The notes below the pieces were generated by a model. The model was given only the letters and a program-made list of their open reading frames with translations. It was not told where the DNA came from and did no database searches. A stretch of DNA of 62,995 nucleotides, counting the filler, from Octopus bimaculoides (Eukaryota), in NCBI RefSeq assembly GCF_001194135.2. It is 7 parts of 6 records of this genome, joined end to end, with 100 filler letters (N's around TTAATTAATTAA, not from the genome) between each part and the next. Parts side by side here need not be neighbours in the genome. Positions count along the whole stretch, not along the records: positions 1 to 4,593 come from NC_069009.1; positions 4,694 to 7,602 come from NC_069008.1; positions 7,703 to 20,018 come from NC_069000.1; 4 more parts are not named here. The stretch is one strand, 5' to 3'. How positions within the stretch are numbered: the first letter of the stretch is position 1; every line of letters begins with the position of its first letter. Position numbers and translations under genes: made by a program. Shown here piece after piece: positions 1 through 11,111 of this stretch.

Positions 1-25
1 ATATATATATATATATATATATATA

Positions 26-184
26 CGACGGGCTTCTTTCAGTTTCCGTCTACCAAATCCACTCACAAGGCTTTGGCCGGCCCGAGGCTATAGTAGAAGA
101 CACTTGCCCAAGGTGCCACGTAGTGGGACTGAACCCAGAACCATGTGGTTGTTAAGCAAGCTACTTACAACACAGCCACTCCTG

Positions 185-186
<2 letters not shown>
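26..186 (-). mobile_element. tRNA-headed SINE (family A), 5' half
   Basis: Reverse complement reads CAGGAGTGGCTGTGTTGTAAG...GGTTCTGGGTTCAGTCCC (A/B-box-like) ...GGCACCTTGGGCAAGTGTCTTCTACTATAGCC...GGAAACTGAAAGAAGCCCGTCG. Near-identical copies occur at 36069 and 37489. Confidence 0.85.
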
Positions 187-238
<52 letters not shown>

Positions 239-400
239 TATAGGCAGATAAATAGACTGATAGATAGGTAGATAGATAAACAGATAGATAAATAGATAGA
301 TCAATGGATACAGATAGCTAGATAGATAGATAGACAGACAGATAGATGAACTGATGGATAGATAGATAGACAGACAGACAAACATACAGACATGTACATA
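187..400. repeat. (GATA)n/(GA)n/(GACA)n microsatellite
   Basis: Directly visible. Confidence 0.95.
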
Positions 401-549
401 CATATTAAGACAGGAGAGAATGATATGAGGTAGATTTAGGTGCTATTTCTAGTGACTTTAGCCACCACATTGTCTCTGTTTCTCACTTAGTGTATTAGTA
501 TGCATGTACGTGTGCATTCAGTGCTGGCGTGTGGCGTTGTGTTTTGATG

Positions 550-880
550 CTAGTGGTAGTGGTGGTGTGTGGTGGTGGTGGTGGTGGTGGTGTGTGGTGG
601 TGGTGGTGGTGGTAGTGTTTAGTGATGATGATAATGGTAGTGGTGGTGATGGTGATGGTGGTGGTGGTGGTGGTGTNNNNNNNNNNNNNNNNNNNNNNNN
701 NNNNNNNNNNNNNNNNNNNNNNNNNNNNNNNNNNNNNNNNNNNNGTGATGATGATAATGGTAGTGGTGGTGATGGTGGTGGTGGTGGTGGTGGTGGTGGT
801 GGTAATAGTGTTTAGTGATGATGATAATGGTAGTGGTGGTGATGGTGATGGTGGTGGTGGTGGTGGTGTTGGTGGTGCCA
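550..880. repeat. (GGT)n/(GAT)n low-complexity tract spanning a gap
   Basis: Directly visible; the block is repeated on both sides of the Ns. Confidence 0.9.
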
Positions 881-955
881 GTGTCAATGGCATAGAATAC
901 AGAATAGGAGGGAAACCAGCTGGACAACAATTCAAATCTATATGCAAAGACGGAA
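853..955 (-). CDS. Candidate exon of an unknown minus-strand gene (3' boundary unresolved)
   Basis: Strong acceptor TCTCTTCTCATCTTTATTCCCTACACGCCATTCTCTCCAG| at 956/955. The phase-1 reading (V)PSLHIDLNCCPAGFPPILYSMPLTLAPP follows in phase from the 3998-3941 exon. No canonical donor is seen before the (CCA)n tract. Confidence 0.3.
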
Positions 956-1065
956 CTGGAGAGAATGGCGTGTAGGGAATAAAGATGAGAAGAGAGATGA
1001 GATGTCAGAGGGAAGGGTGGGGGGTGGGAGTCTGCGGCAGGGTTGGTGGAGGGGCACATAGATGG

Positions 1066-1400
1066 CTACCACCACCACCACCACTACTAACACTACCACC
1101 TCCATTAGCATTACCGACACCACCTACACCACCACCACCACCACCACCACCACTACCACTACTAACACCACCCTCTCCAACATACCCAGCAGCACCACCA
1201 CCACCACCACCAAACCAACACCACTATCATCACAGCCAACTGCTACCACCTTCACGTCCACCTACCCCACCACCACCACTATCTTCACAACTACTTCCAT
1301 CACTACCACCTCCTCCCCCACCTCTGTCTGTCTGTCTGTCTCTTCCTTTCCCCCTGCCATCTACCTCTCTCTCTCTCTCTCTCTCTCTCTCACTTCCTGT
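1066..1400. repeat. (CCA/ACC)n tract followed by (CT)n
   Basis: Directly visible. Confidence 0.9.
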
Positions 1401-2001
1401 CTGTTTCACTCCCTCCCTCCTCTCTGTTGTTTACCTCAATGTCACCCGTCAATATTGAGCTGACCTATGGTCAAAGACATTCCAGCCTTGACCCTCCCAT
1501 CTGTTTATATGCAAAACAGATTCTGTTTTGATGTCAAAGACAAGCATTTAGTTCAGGACTTTTTGCACATTTTCTAATTGCAACTATTGACCCCTTTTCT
1601 CCAACTAACACTCTTCTAACTGTCCCCACCCTTGCTACGATTCAAAACCCCCACCACCAACCATTTCTATTGAACATACATCTAATATAAGGCCCCTCTC
1701 AAATGCCACTGGTAACATGTAGCCAAATTCAACTTGCCACATGGTCAGCCCGGTGACTAATCTGATGACCCCACCAACCTTGTTTGGTGAGGAGGATCAT
1801 TATTGGACATCCTACGGGATGAAAAGACAAAACCCATCAAAAAGCAGAGGAACTCGAAAGAGTCAATGGTCATCCAATAATGTGTGAAGGCATGTGGCCT
1901 AATGGTTAAGGTGTTGCTCTCATGACTGTGAGATCATGGGTTCAATTTCTGGACTGGTTGTGTGTTGTGTTCTTAAGCAAAATACTGACCTTTCATTGAA
2001 T

Positions 2002-2455
2002 TTTATTCAATGATATAATTTCCATTATCATTAATGACCTTTGCCCATCTCTCAGGCAATTTAAATATTCCGTCAGCATAAAATTTGACTGGTTTTGAAG
2101 AAAAAAAGTTATCGTTAAATGTTCTGTGGAGACAAAAACAAATGGTAGCCAGATGGCGGAATATCAGGAGAAAATGGTGGATGGTCCCAGCCAAGTTCAT
2201 GTAACTTCGTTCAGGTAACCAAAGACACATTTGGTTGAGCATTGTCTTGTTGAAACACTGCCTTTTTCCTGTTGACCATCTCCAACCGCAGTTCATTGAT
2301 TTTTGGGGTTCAAATTAGCTAGAAGACGACAGTACACATCAGAATAAATTGTCTAGTTTTGTGGGAGAAGTTCGTAATAAATAATGCCTTTATGATTCCA
2401 CCAGACACAAAAAATAGCTTTTGGGCATGGATATTCAACTATGGCTGCTCTACAC
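2002..2455 (-). mobile_element. Mariner transposase C-terminal remnant (frameshifted)
   Basis: Minus-strand translation gives CVWWNHKGIIYYELLP, FQQDNAQP, HPPFSPDIPPSGYHLF and FYADGIFKLPERWAKVINDNGNYIIE, all mariner DDD-domain motifs. Confidence 0.9.
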
Positions 2456-2763
2456 GGTATCTAGACCACCTGGTAGAAATAACTTTTAAATCTCCTTCAA
2501 ATCACATCCAGTTGTCTTATGTATGTATACAGGTAAGTATGCGCCAATGAAGGAGACCATGCACAGTAGCTTGATCTGTTAGAAATAGCAGCCGAGTCAC
2601 CCTCAAATAACAGCCTACTGTCTTATGTATGTATATATGTATGTATGAACCAATGAGGGAGATCTTACATAGTAGCTTGATCTGTTAGAAATAGTAGCTA
2701 AATCTCCCTCAGATTACACCCTACTGTCTTACATATGTATGTATGTATGCATGTATGTATGTA

Positions 2764-3060
2764 TCATCATCATCGTTTAACGTCCGCTTTCCATGCTAGC
2801 ATGGGTTGGACGACTTGACTGAGGACTGGTGAAACCGGATGGCAACACCAGGCTCCAGTCTAAATTTGGCAGAGTTTCTACAGCTGGATGCCCTTCCTAA
2901 CGCCAAGCACTCAGAGAGTGTAGTAGGTGCTTTTACGTGTCACCTGCACGAAGGCCAGTCAGGCGATACTGGCAACGGCCACGCTCGAAATGGTGTCTTT
3001 TATGTGCCACCCGCACAAGCCAGTCCAGGGGCACTGGCAACGATCTCGCTTGAAAATCCT
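2764..3060 (-). mobile_element. RTE-LINE-type 3' tail / SINE tail ending in (GAT)n
   Basis: CATCATCATCGTTTAACGTCCGCTTTCCATGCTAGCATGGGTTGGACG...; the reverse-orientation copy is at 6185-6420. Confidence 0.7.
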
Positions 3061-3067
3061 ATATACT

Positions 3068-3098
<31 letters not shown>

Positions 3099-3409
3099 GA
3101 GCCAATAAGGGGAGGCTTCTATATCTTAGCTAGACTTGATAAAAATAGCAGCCAAATTGCCCTCAAATCACACTCTACTAATCACACATACAACACAACT
3201 ATTGACAACAACCAGAAGACTATACATGAATGCCTGACTTACTAGAATTAGCAGCCAAATGATCCTGGAAGCAAATGCTGTCTTCTTGTAAACTTTGACA
3301 TGGTATAAGATAAGCATTGAAGGAAGTGACTGAAATTAAGACTTGATGGGCATGGTTGGAATTCCTTGCATTATAAGTCTACTGCTGGGACTAAACAGCA
3401 TCAAGTTTG

Positions 3410-3810
3410 CTACAACCACCACTACAACATTATCACCCCCACAGCCACCTCCTGCACCACCACCACAATCATCACCACTACCACCACCGTTACTACGACA
3501 ACGACCACTACCACTACTACTACTACTACTACCATCACCACCAACCATTGCCATCACCTCCACTACCACCACTGTCACCAAGACAACCGCCACTACCATC
3601 ATTATCACCACCATCACAATTACTACCACCATCACAATTACTACCACCACCACCACCACCACCAACCACTGCCATCACCACATTCACTACTGCCACCCCC
3701 ACCATTGCCATCACCATCACTACTACCACCACCACTACTACTACTACCCACCACCTTCATCACCATCACCTTCGCTACCACCTGCACCACCACCACCACC
3801 ACCACTAGAT
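3410..3810. repeat. Degenerate (CAC/TAC/CAT)n tract
   Basis: Directly visible. Confidence 0.9.
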
Positions 3811-3940
3811 CCACACAGTCTTCAAAACCACTTGCTAAAAGTCACGTAATCTCTCCTGTCTTTTAGGCACACGAAGGTGGCGGCGGCGGTGGTGGTGGTG
3901 GTGGTGGTGCAGAGCATGATGGCAGTTGTTAAGATGTTAC

Positions 3941-3998
3941 CCTGAGGGGTCGGTGGAGGAGGAGACGAGAGCTGCTGATGAAAGACCAAGTCTTTTGG
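3941..3998 (-). CDS. Candidate 58-nt micro-exon of an unknown gene
   Basis: Long pyrimidine tract ...CCCTTTCAACCTCTTCAAG| and donor AGG|GTAACA. Open as PKDLVFHQQLSSPPPPTPQ (phase 0->1) and also as AKRLGLSSAALVSSSTDPS. Confidence 0.4.
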
Positions 3999-4481
3999 CT
4001 TGAAGAGGTTGAAAGGGAGTCAGGGAGAAAGAGAAAGAGAGTGAGATGGAGAAAGACAGAGAGACAGGCTCATCCACACACAAACGTAGACGCACATACG
4101 CACACAGAAATGCATGCACATGCACATTTGATTACACACACATATGCATGCACATATGTAAGCAAGCACGCATGCGTGCGCACGTCACCGCTGTGTGCGA
4201 CTATTGTGATTTTGCGACAGCGTTTTGCATTCAAATCAAACCCTTTCCTTCGGCTAACAACAATAGCTGAGCGAATGATTTGATTGAGCAGATCATGATG
4301 TTAGCCGATGTCGTGGTGGCCTGTGCGTTGTTGCTAATGTTGTTGTTGGGGAGCGTGTTGATTGTTGCCTTCGTGCGGCCATCATAATAGAGTCAGCATG
4401 AAAGTTATGTTCTTAGATATGCTACACAAATGCTCTAACCACCCCAACTCTCTCTCTCTCTCTCTCTCTCTGTCTGTCTTT

Positions 4482-4535
<54 letters not shown>

Positions 4536-5532
4536 TGCAGACATATACAAACACATGCAAACTCACATAGTTATACACATAAATGCATGCATGNNNNNNN
4601 NNNNNNNNNNNNNNNNNNNNNNNNNNNNNNNNNNNNNTTAATTAATTAANNNNNNNNNNNNNNNNNNNNNNNNNNNNNNNNNNNNNNNNNNNNTATATAT
4701 ATATATATATATATATATATCGACAAACTGACATATATGTAAGTATAAAGTTTGATTAGAAGCATGAACTCGAGAAGTGATTAAGGTGAAGCTACCAGTT
4801 GTAATGTAATTGAATAATCTAGCAACTTTTTGTTGAAATGAAATGAAATGAATTTCTCGTTTGTAGCTTTGCAATAAAAAAATATATATATATTATCAAT
4901 AACCATAATAATGTTTAACTATAATTTTCTGATTAGGTGATTTATAGTAAACAAGGGAGATATATCAAAAAGGATCAAAGGTTTCTCTGTTTGAGGAAAC
5001 AGAAAACCAGAGAGATGGAGAGCCTAGAAACCGAGAAAACCAATTCTGCAGATATTCATCGACTGAACGTGACTCATAAACAGAAATTCTGGAAACCAAA
5101 ATAACGAGGGCTGATAACTCCATCTGCTAATATAAAGGGTTATTTTGGTGTCTATAGGCACATGATGCATGTTTGCACATGTATACAGTGACATTTGCAT
5201 GTGTGTGTATGTGCATGCGTGTCAGTGTGTTTCTATGTCTGTGCATCCACATGTATGTGTCTAGATGTATAAGCCTGTTTGTCTGTGAGTACTTCGGAAT
5301 GGGAAGAAGATGAAGATGGTAGTGGTGGTGGTGGTGGTGGTTGTGAAGAGGAAGAGGATGAAGAGGTTGGATATAAAACAACAAAACATGGCAGTAAAAC
5401 GAAAGCAGTCTGACGATTGTGATTGTGTGGTGGTGAGGCGGAAACACAACACTTGGGAAGGAAACATGGAGCCATGGACTCAGCTTGCTAGAGAGAGTTT
5501 ACCCGATTGCTATTCTAAAGCACTTGTCAGAA

Positions 5533-5589
<57 letters not shown>

Positions 5590-5593
<4 letters not shown>

Positions 5594-5804
5594 GCTTCAA
5601 GTTTTGCCACAAGGGCAGCAATTTTGGGGAGGAGATGAGTCGATTACATTGACCCCCAGTATTTGACTGGTACTTAATTTATCGATCCTGAAAGGATGAA
5701 AGATAAAGTCAACCATGACGGAATTTGGACTCAGAACATGACAGACAAAATGCCGCTAAGCATTCTGCCCAGCGTGCTGACAATTCTGCCAGCTCACCAC
5801 CTTG

Positions 5805-5839
<35 letters not shown>

Positions 5840-6052
5840 CAATAATCAATAATAATAATAATAAGCCTTTCTATTGGAAGCACAAGGCCTCAAATTTGGG
5901 GGAAGACATTAAGTTGATTACATCAACCCCAGTGCGTTACTGGTACTCATTTAATCAACCTCAGCAGACTTTGAACTCAGAACATAGCAACAGATGAAAT
6001 ACCGCTAAGCATTTCATCCAGCGTGCTAACGATTCTGCCAGTTCCCTACCTT
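5590..6052 (-). mobile_element. Two SINE (family B) copies separated by (TAA)n
   Basis: Both carry TACATYRACCCCAGT...CTGGTACT...ATTTA...ACTCAGAACAT...CCGCTAAGCATT...CTGCCAG; other copies occur at 18664 and 44725. Confidence 0.8.
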
Positions 6053-6184
6053 AATTGATAATAATAATGATAATAATAATAATGATGATGATGATGATAA
6101 CAATAATAATCTTTTTCTACCATAGGCACAAGGCCTGAAATTTTGGGGGATGAGACTAGTGAATTACATCAACCCTGTGAAGAT

Positions 6185-6418
6185 CCTTTCTGCCATTCTG
6201 GAGCAGTCTTTTGCTCTTCCAGTTTACAGTGCCATGTAAAAAGCACCCAGTACCTTCTCTAAAGTGGTTGGCATTAGGAAGGGCCACCAGCTGTAGAAAC
6301 CATAGCAGGACAGACCACAGGAGCCTGGGCAGCTCTCCAGGTTGGCCAGCTCCTGTCAAATCATCCAACCCATGCTAGCATGGAAAGCGGACGTTAAATG
6401 ATGATGATGATGATGATG

Positions 6419-6420
<2 letters not shown>
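6185..6420 (+). mobile_element. RTE-type 3' tail with (GAT)n end
   Basis: ...CCAACCCATGCTAGCATGGAAAGCGGACGTTAAATGATGATG; reverse complement of 2764-3060. Confidence 0.7.
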
Positions 6421-6452
<32 letters not shown>

Positions 6453-6476
6453 TAGATATATATATAGATATATATA

Positions 6477-6574
6477 TAAGCCAATGAGGGAAACCTCTAT
6501 ATAGTGGCTAGACTTGAGAGAAGTAGCAGTCAAATCTCTCTCAAATCACACCCCACTATCTTATGTATATAGGC

Positions 6575-6606
<32 letters not shown>

Positions 6607-6720
6607 GCCAATGAGGAAGACCTCTGTATGGTAACTAGACCTGCTAGAAATAGCAGCTAAATTTTCCTTAAATCACAGCCTATTATTTCATGTTATATAC
6701 ATATATATATGTGTGTGTAC

Positions 6721-6755
<35 letters not shown>

Positions 6756-7540
6756 AATGATGGAGACCTCTATTTGGTAGAAACAGCAACCAAAATTTCC
6801 TTTAATCACAGCCGTATGTATGTATGTATGTGTGTATGTGTGTAAGTATGTATGTATGTATGTATGTATGTATGTAGGTAGGTAGGTATGTATGTATGAT
6901 TGATTGATCTAATGAGGGAGACTTCTACATGGTAGCTAGACTTGTTAGAAACAGCAGCCAAATCTCCCCAGATCACACCTTACTGTATCATGTATGTATA
7001 TATGTATGTTTGAGCCAATGAGGGAGGCTTCAACAAGGAAACAGTTACTGTTAGAAATAGCAGCCAAATCTCCCTCAAATCACACTCCACAGTCTTATGT
7101 ATGAATATATGTATGTATGAGTCAATGAGGGAGACCTCTACATTGGTAGCTAGACCTGCTAGAAATAGCAGCCAAATCTCCCTCAANNNNNNNNNNGAAA
7201 TAGCAGCCAAATCTCCCTCAAATCACACTCCACAGTCTTATGTATGAATATATGTATGTATGAGTCAATGAGGGAGACCTCTACATTGGTAGCTAGACCT
7301 GCTAGAAATAGCAGCCAAATCTCCCTCAAATCACAGTCTTATGTGTGCATAAATGTGTGCATGAGCCAATGAGGGAGACCTCTACATGGTAGCTAGACCT
7401 GCTAGAAATAGCAGCCAAATCTCCCTCAAATCACACTCCACAGTCTTATGTATGTATAAATGTATGTATGAGTCAATGAGGGAGACCTCTATGTGGTAGA
7501 TAGGTCTGTTAGAAATAGCAGCCAAATCTTCCTCAAAACA
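6477..7540 (+). repeat. Tandem array of about 9-10 units (~100-150 bp) derived from a dispersed repeat
   Basis: Unit CCAATGAGGGAGACCTCTACATGGTAGCTAGACCTGCTAGAAATAGCAGCCAAATCTCCCTCAAATCACAC + (TATG)n; starts near 6480, 6608, 6755, 6910, 7013, 7121, 7262, 7363 and 7470. Confidence 0.9.
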
Positions 7541-7765
7541 TGTAACTTTCTTAAAAAAAAAAAAAAGACAAATATAATAATATTACAAAATCCAATGGAT
7601 GANNNNNNNNNNNNNNNNNNNNNNNNNNNNNNNNNNNNNNNNNNNNTTAATTAATTAANNNNNNNNNNNNNNNNNNNNNNNNNNNNNNNNNNNNNNNNNN
7701 NNTATATATATATATATATATAAATATATATATATATACATATGTATATGTATATATATATATAC

Positions 7766-7799
<34 letters not shown>

Positions 7800-8085
7800 A
7801 TACCATATATATATACATATATATATATATTATATATATATACACACACACATATACATACATATATGGCTGAGTGCTTAAGTCGTCTATTCATATAATC
7901 GTGTGTGTATATATATAGATACATAAGGTATGTTAATGGGTGTAGATTGGGCGATCTTTAGCCGTAGATTGCGACATTATAAATGCACTTATCAAATAGT
8001 CGATTCGCTATACTCACACACATATGCAAACACACGCACTCACACACACATATGCAAACATACGCACCCACACATACATACGCAA

Positions 8086-8166
<81 letters not shown>

Positions 8167-8628
8167 AAACATACCCACACATATATGTATACATACAGAT
8201 GCGTTACGTGTGTGTGTGTGTGTGTATTGTGAATTACTGTGAATGCGTCCGTCTCCTCATACAGTAAAGCGCTATGGAACGCGTACTGATCAATGCATCT
8301 GAGACACTACTCACAAACATATATAGATCTGAATGTGTCTGTGTGTATGTTATTTCATACAAAGGCTACAAAACACACAATTACATTCTATTTACACTAA
8401 ACACACTCGTTCAGATGTATATACATTTCTCTATACACACACATACCTATACTAACAATCTCTATAACGACTACTATCATAGCACATAATATATAAATAC
8501 TCATCGAATCTGTACTCAGCCATAGTATACACGGAATAAGATACACCATATATGTGTGTGCGTGTGTGTTTGTGAGGGTGTGCGCGCGCGCGCTTTACTT
8601 CCAGACACTGCCCATATGTGATCCACAC

Positions 8629-8674
<46 letters not shown>

Positions 8675-8967
8675 CTCTACACACATAAACAGATCTTGCA
8701 AGTAGTATATGGTTTAAATAGTATATTAGCGATATTATACAGTTGAGATTTAGCAAACATACAGGATTGACTCATATCTAATGTGTAAATATAGTCGTTT
8801 GTGTCATATTCATATATATACGTGTATATATTATATTTGTACCTGTGTGTTACTAGTGTATTACTACACATAGACATTTGTATATATGTATACACACTCA
8901 CATATATGTGTGTGTTTGTGTGTGCATGTGTACGTATATATATATGTGTGTAAAGGTCGGAGCTTAC

Positions 8968-9028
8968 CTTTCGGTTGGTCAGAAGTTGCCACCGAGAAGG
9001 AAGAGAGACTGTACGACCCATTATCATC
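8968..9028 (-). CDS. Candidate 61-nt micro-exon of an unknown gene
   Basis: Acceptor GTCTCACAG|G and consensus donor AAG|GTAAGC. Two open frames: MIMGRTVSLPSRWQLLTNRK or DDNGSYSLSSFSVATSDQPK. Confidence 0.45.
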
Positions 9029-9049
9029 CTGTGAGACTAGCACTTGTAG

Positions 9050-10400
9050 TAGTACTAGTATAGTAGTTGTAGTAGTGTTCTGCTAGCAGGAGAGGGCAGC
9101 CGTAGTAGTGACAGTGAATAGAACAGCCGCAAAAGGGGTAGTAGTTGTAGTAGCTGCAGTAATTGTAGTTGTCTTTCAAACGGTTATGTTGATATTGTGT
9201 ATGTGTAGTAACGTCGCTGAATAGAACAGCCGTAGCAGCAGCAGTGGTTTTGTTTTATTTGTTTACTTTTTCTTCGTCTTTAGGAATTAGGGAGTAAGCG
9301 AGGGAAGAAGGGTAATAGTAGCAGTAGTATTCTTACTGTAGTAGAGCCGGTGGTGGTGTAGGTGTTAAGATACTGGCCGTTGGGGTAGCAGTTGTAGTTG
9401 TTCTGCTGTTGATATCGGTGGGAATGGTGGTTTGTAGTTAGCGATAGTTGATAGAACAGCCTTAACAGCAGTTCCAGAAGTAGTAGTAGTGGTAGTGGTT
9501 ATAATGAAGCCAGCGTTGCTGTTGCTAGAGGTGGTTGCAATCGTAGTAGTAGTAGTCAGTGTAGTAATAGTGGTAGAAGTAGTAGTAGTAGTAGCGGTAT
9601 TGAATAAAATAGCGGAGGCAATAGTAGTGGTCGTAGTAAATGGCCTGCTTCTTGCTTCAAGTAGTGGTTAGAGGAGCTGTAACTATTACGGTAGTAGTAA
9701 CGTCTCTCAACATAACAGCAGCTGGGTGAGAGAAAGACGGAGGGGGATGGCAGCAGTAGTAGTAAGTGTAGTAGTGGCTAATAGCAGTGATTACCGTAGT
9801 AGTAATGGTGCTGGTGATAGATGTAGTGGTTGTAGTTGTTTAGTCTGAAGCTGGCCCTGATCGAGCAGGCCTAAGATCAAAGGCATTCCAGCCATGAGCA
9901 TCTCGACATTTTTTCAAGCATAATGTCGGTAACAGTAGCAAGAAATTTATTAGTTACGGTAGTGACAGTGGAATTAGTAGTAGTATTGGTGCTGGTGCCA
10001 GTGGTAGCAGTGATAGTTGTAGTGTTGGGATAGCAGTAGTATTGATGGTATTAGTAACGATAAAAGTAGTAAGAGTAGTGGTGGTGGTAGTAATAATAGT
10101 TGTGTTAAGAAACCTAGTAGTAGTAACAGCAGCAGCAGTGGTTATTAGTGTTGACAGAAATATTTCGGTGTCAGTAGAAGGTGTTGTCCCACCACTAGAG
10201 TGACGTCATATGTAATGGCCACGGTGGTGATGCTAATGTGTCTTGGAAAACGATGTTGTTTGATGATGTTTATGGTGATGATGAGAATGAAGACAACTAC
10301 TACTACTCTAGTAGTAACACACACTCATACTGTACAAAGCTAGCCGTACTACTACTAGTACTATTCCAGTTGTAGCAGTAGTTGTAGTAGTAGAGTGTGA
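9050..10400. repeat. Cryptic (GTA/GCA/GTG)n simple-sequence field
   Basis: Visible. Similar fields lie at 11280-11640, 13780-14300, 14750-14940 and 15300-15720. No long ORF. Confidence 0.8.
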
Positions 10401-10516
10401 CAACAACATTGCTGAACAACAGTACTGACAGCCAATCAGCAAATGGGAAACATGTGAACAGAGAGAAGGAGGAGAGAGAAGAAGAATATTTAATGACCAA
10501 TCATACATATGCTTAC

Positions 10517-10594
10517 ATCTGGTGGTTCGAGGAAGCAACATAGCAGCTAAGCCGCCGGTGTGTGGTATATGGGTGAGAACGTTTGTGGGAAGAG
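10517..10594 (-). CDS. Candidate exon of an unknown gene (5' boundary could be 10645 or 10650)
   Basis: Donor GAT|GTAAGC; acceptor CTACTACTATAG|. The frame SSHKRSHPYTTHRRLSCYVASSNHQ ends in phase 2 and stays open into the 9028 exon. Confidence 0.35.
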
Positions 10595-11074
10595 CTATAG
10601 TAGTAGCAGGTGGAGGTATAGTAACAGTTGGGGTAGCAGCAGCAGCTGAGCTCATCACAGAAATTACATGTGCGTATGTATACATTATTACGTTTCTGTG
10701 TGTGAATGTGACTCTTAGCAATTATATGTTATCTCTCGGTGGCTGTGTGTGTACGTGCCTGTTTAGTGATGTAGTTCTATGTATGTATAGTTATGTATGT
10801 TGCTGTATGTTTTCTTCATAATCTCAATGTACTTATGTATGTGTTTGTGTGTATTTATATACACACACACACATGTATGTACGTGTCTATCTATCTGTCG
10901 AGAGAGGAGAGAGAAATGAATGTATTCTTTTGTTTCAATCATTTGACTGCGGCCATGCTGGAGCACAGCTGCGTATATCCATTCTTTAATATATGGATAC
11001 CTTCGAATGTTTTGTATGCATGAGTGTGCGTGTGAAAGACTGAGAGCGTGCGTATGTGTGTTTGTGTGTGTATG

Positions 11075-11111
<37 letters not shown>

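Noticed and set aside
161-1463. Long poly-Pro/Thr/His/Gly ORFs here and at 3336-3866, 12745-13182 and 15491-16579
   Set aside because: They are translations of microsatellites and N runs.
1890-1985. tRNA-like sequences (also 59120-59195 and all SINE heads)
   Set aside because: Only A/B-box-like remnants; no complete cloverleaf, and they continue into SINE body sequence.
4638-4649. TTAATTAATTAA centred in N runs (also at 7647, 20063, 22079, 47720 and 51697)
   Set aside because: An identical 12-mer with stops in all six frames, always between N blocks, indicates an artificial scaffolding spacer.
5288-5412. Plus-strand acidic reading STSEWEEDEDGSGGG...KAV*, and plus-strand acceptors at about 3867 and 11263
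   Set aside because: Driven by trinucleotide repeats, with weak or unpaired splice sites and no phase-consistent chain.
6477-7540. CRISPR-like repeat/spacer appearance
   Set aside because: The units are about 100 bp, the variable parts are microsatellite, there are no cas genes, and the context is eukaryotic.
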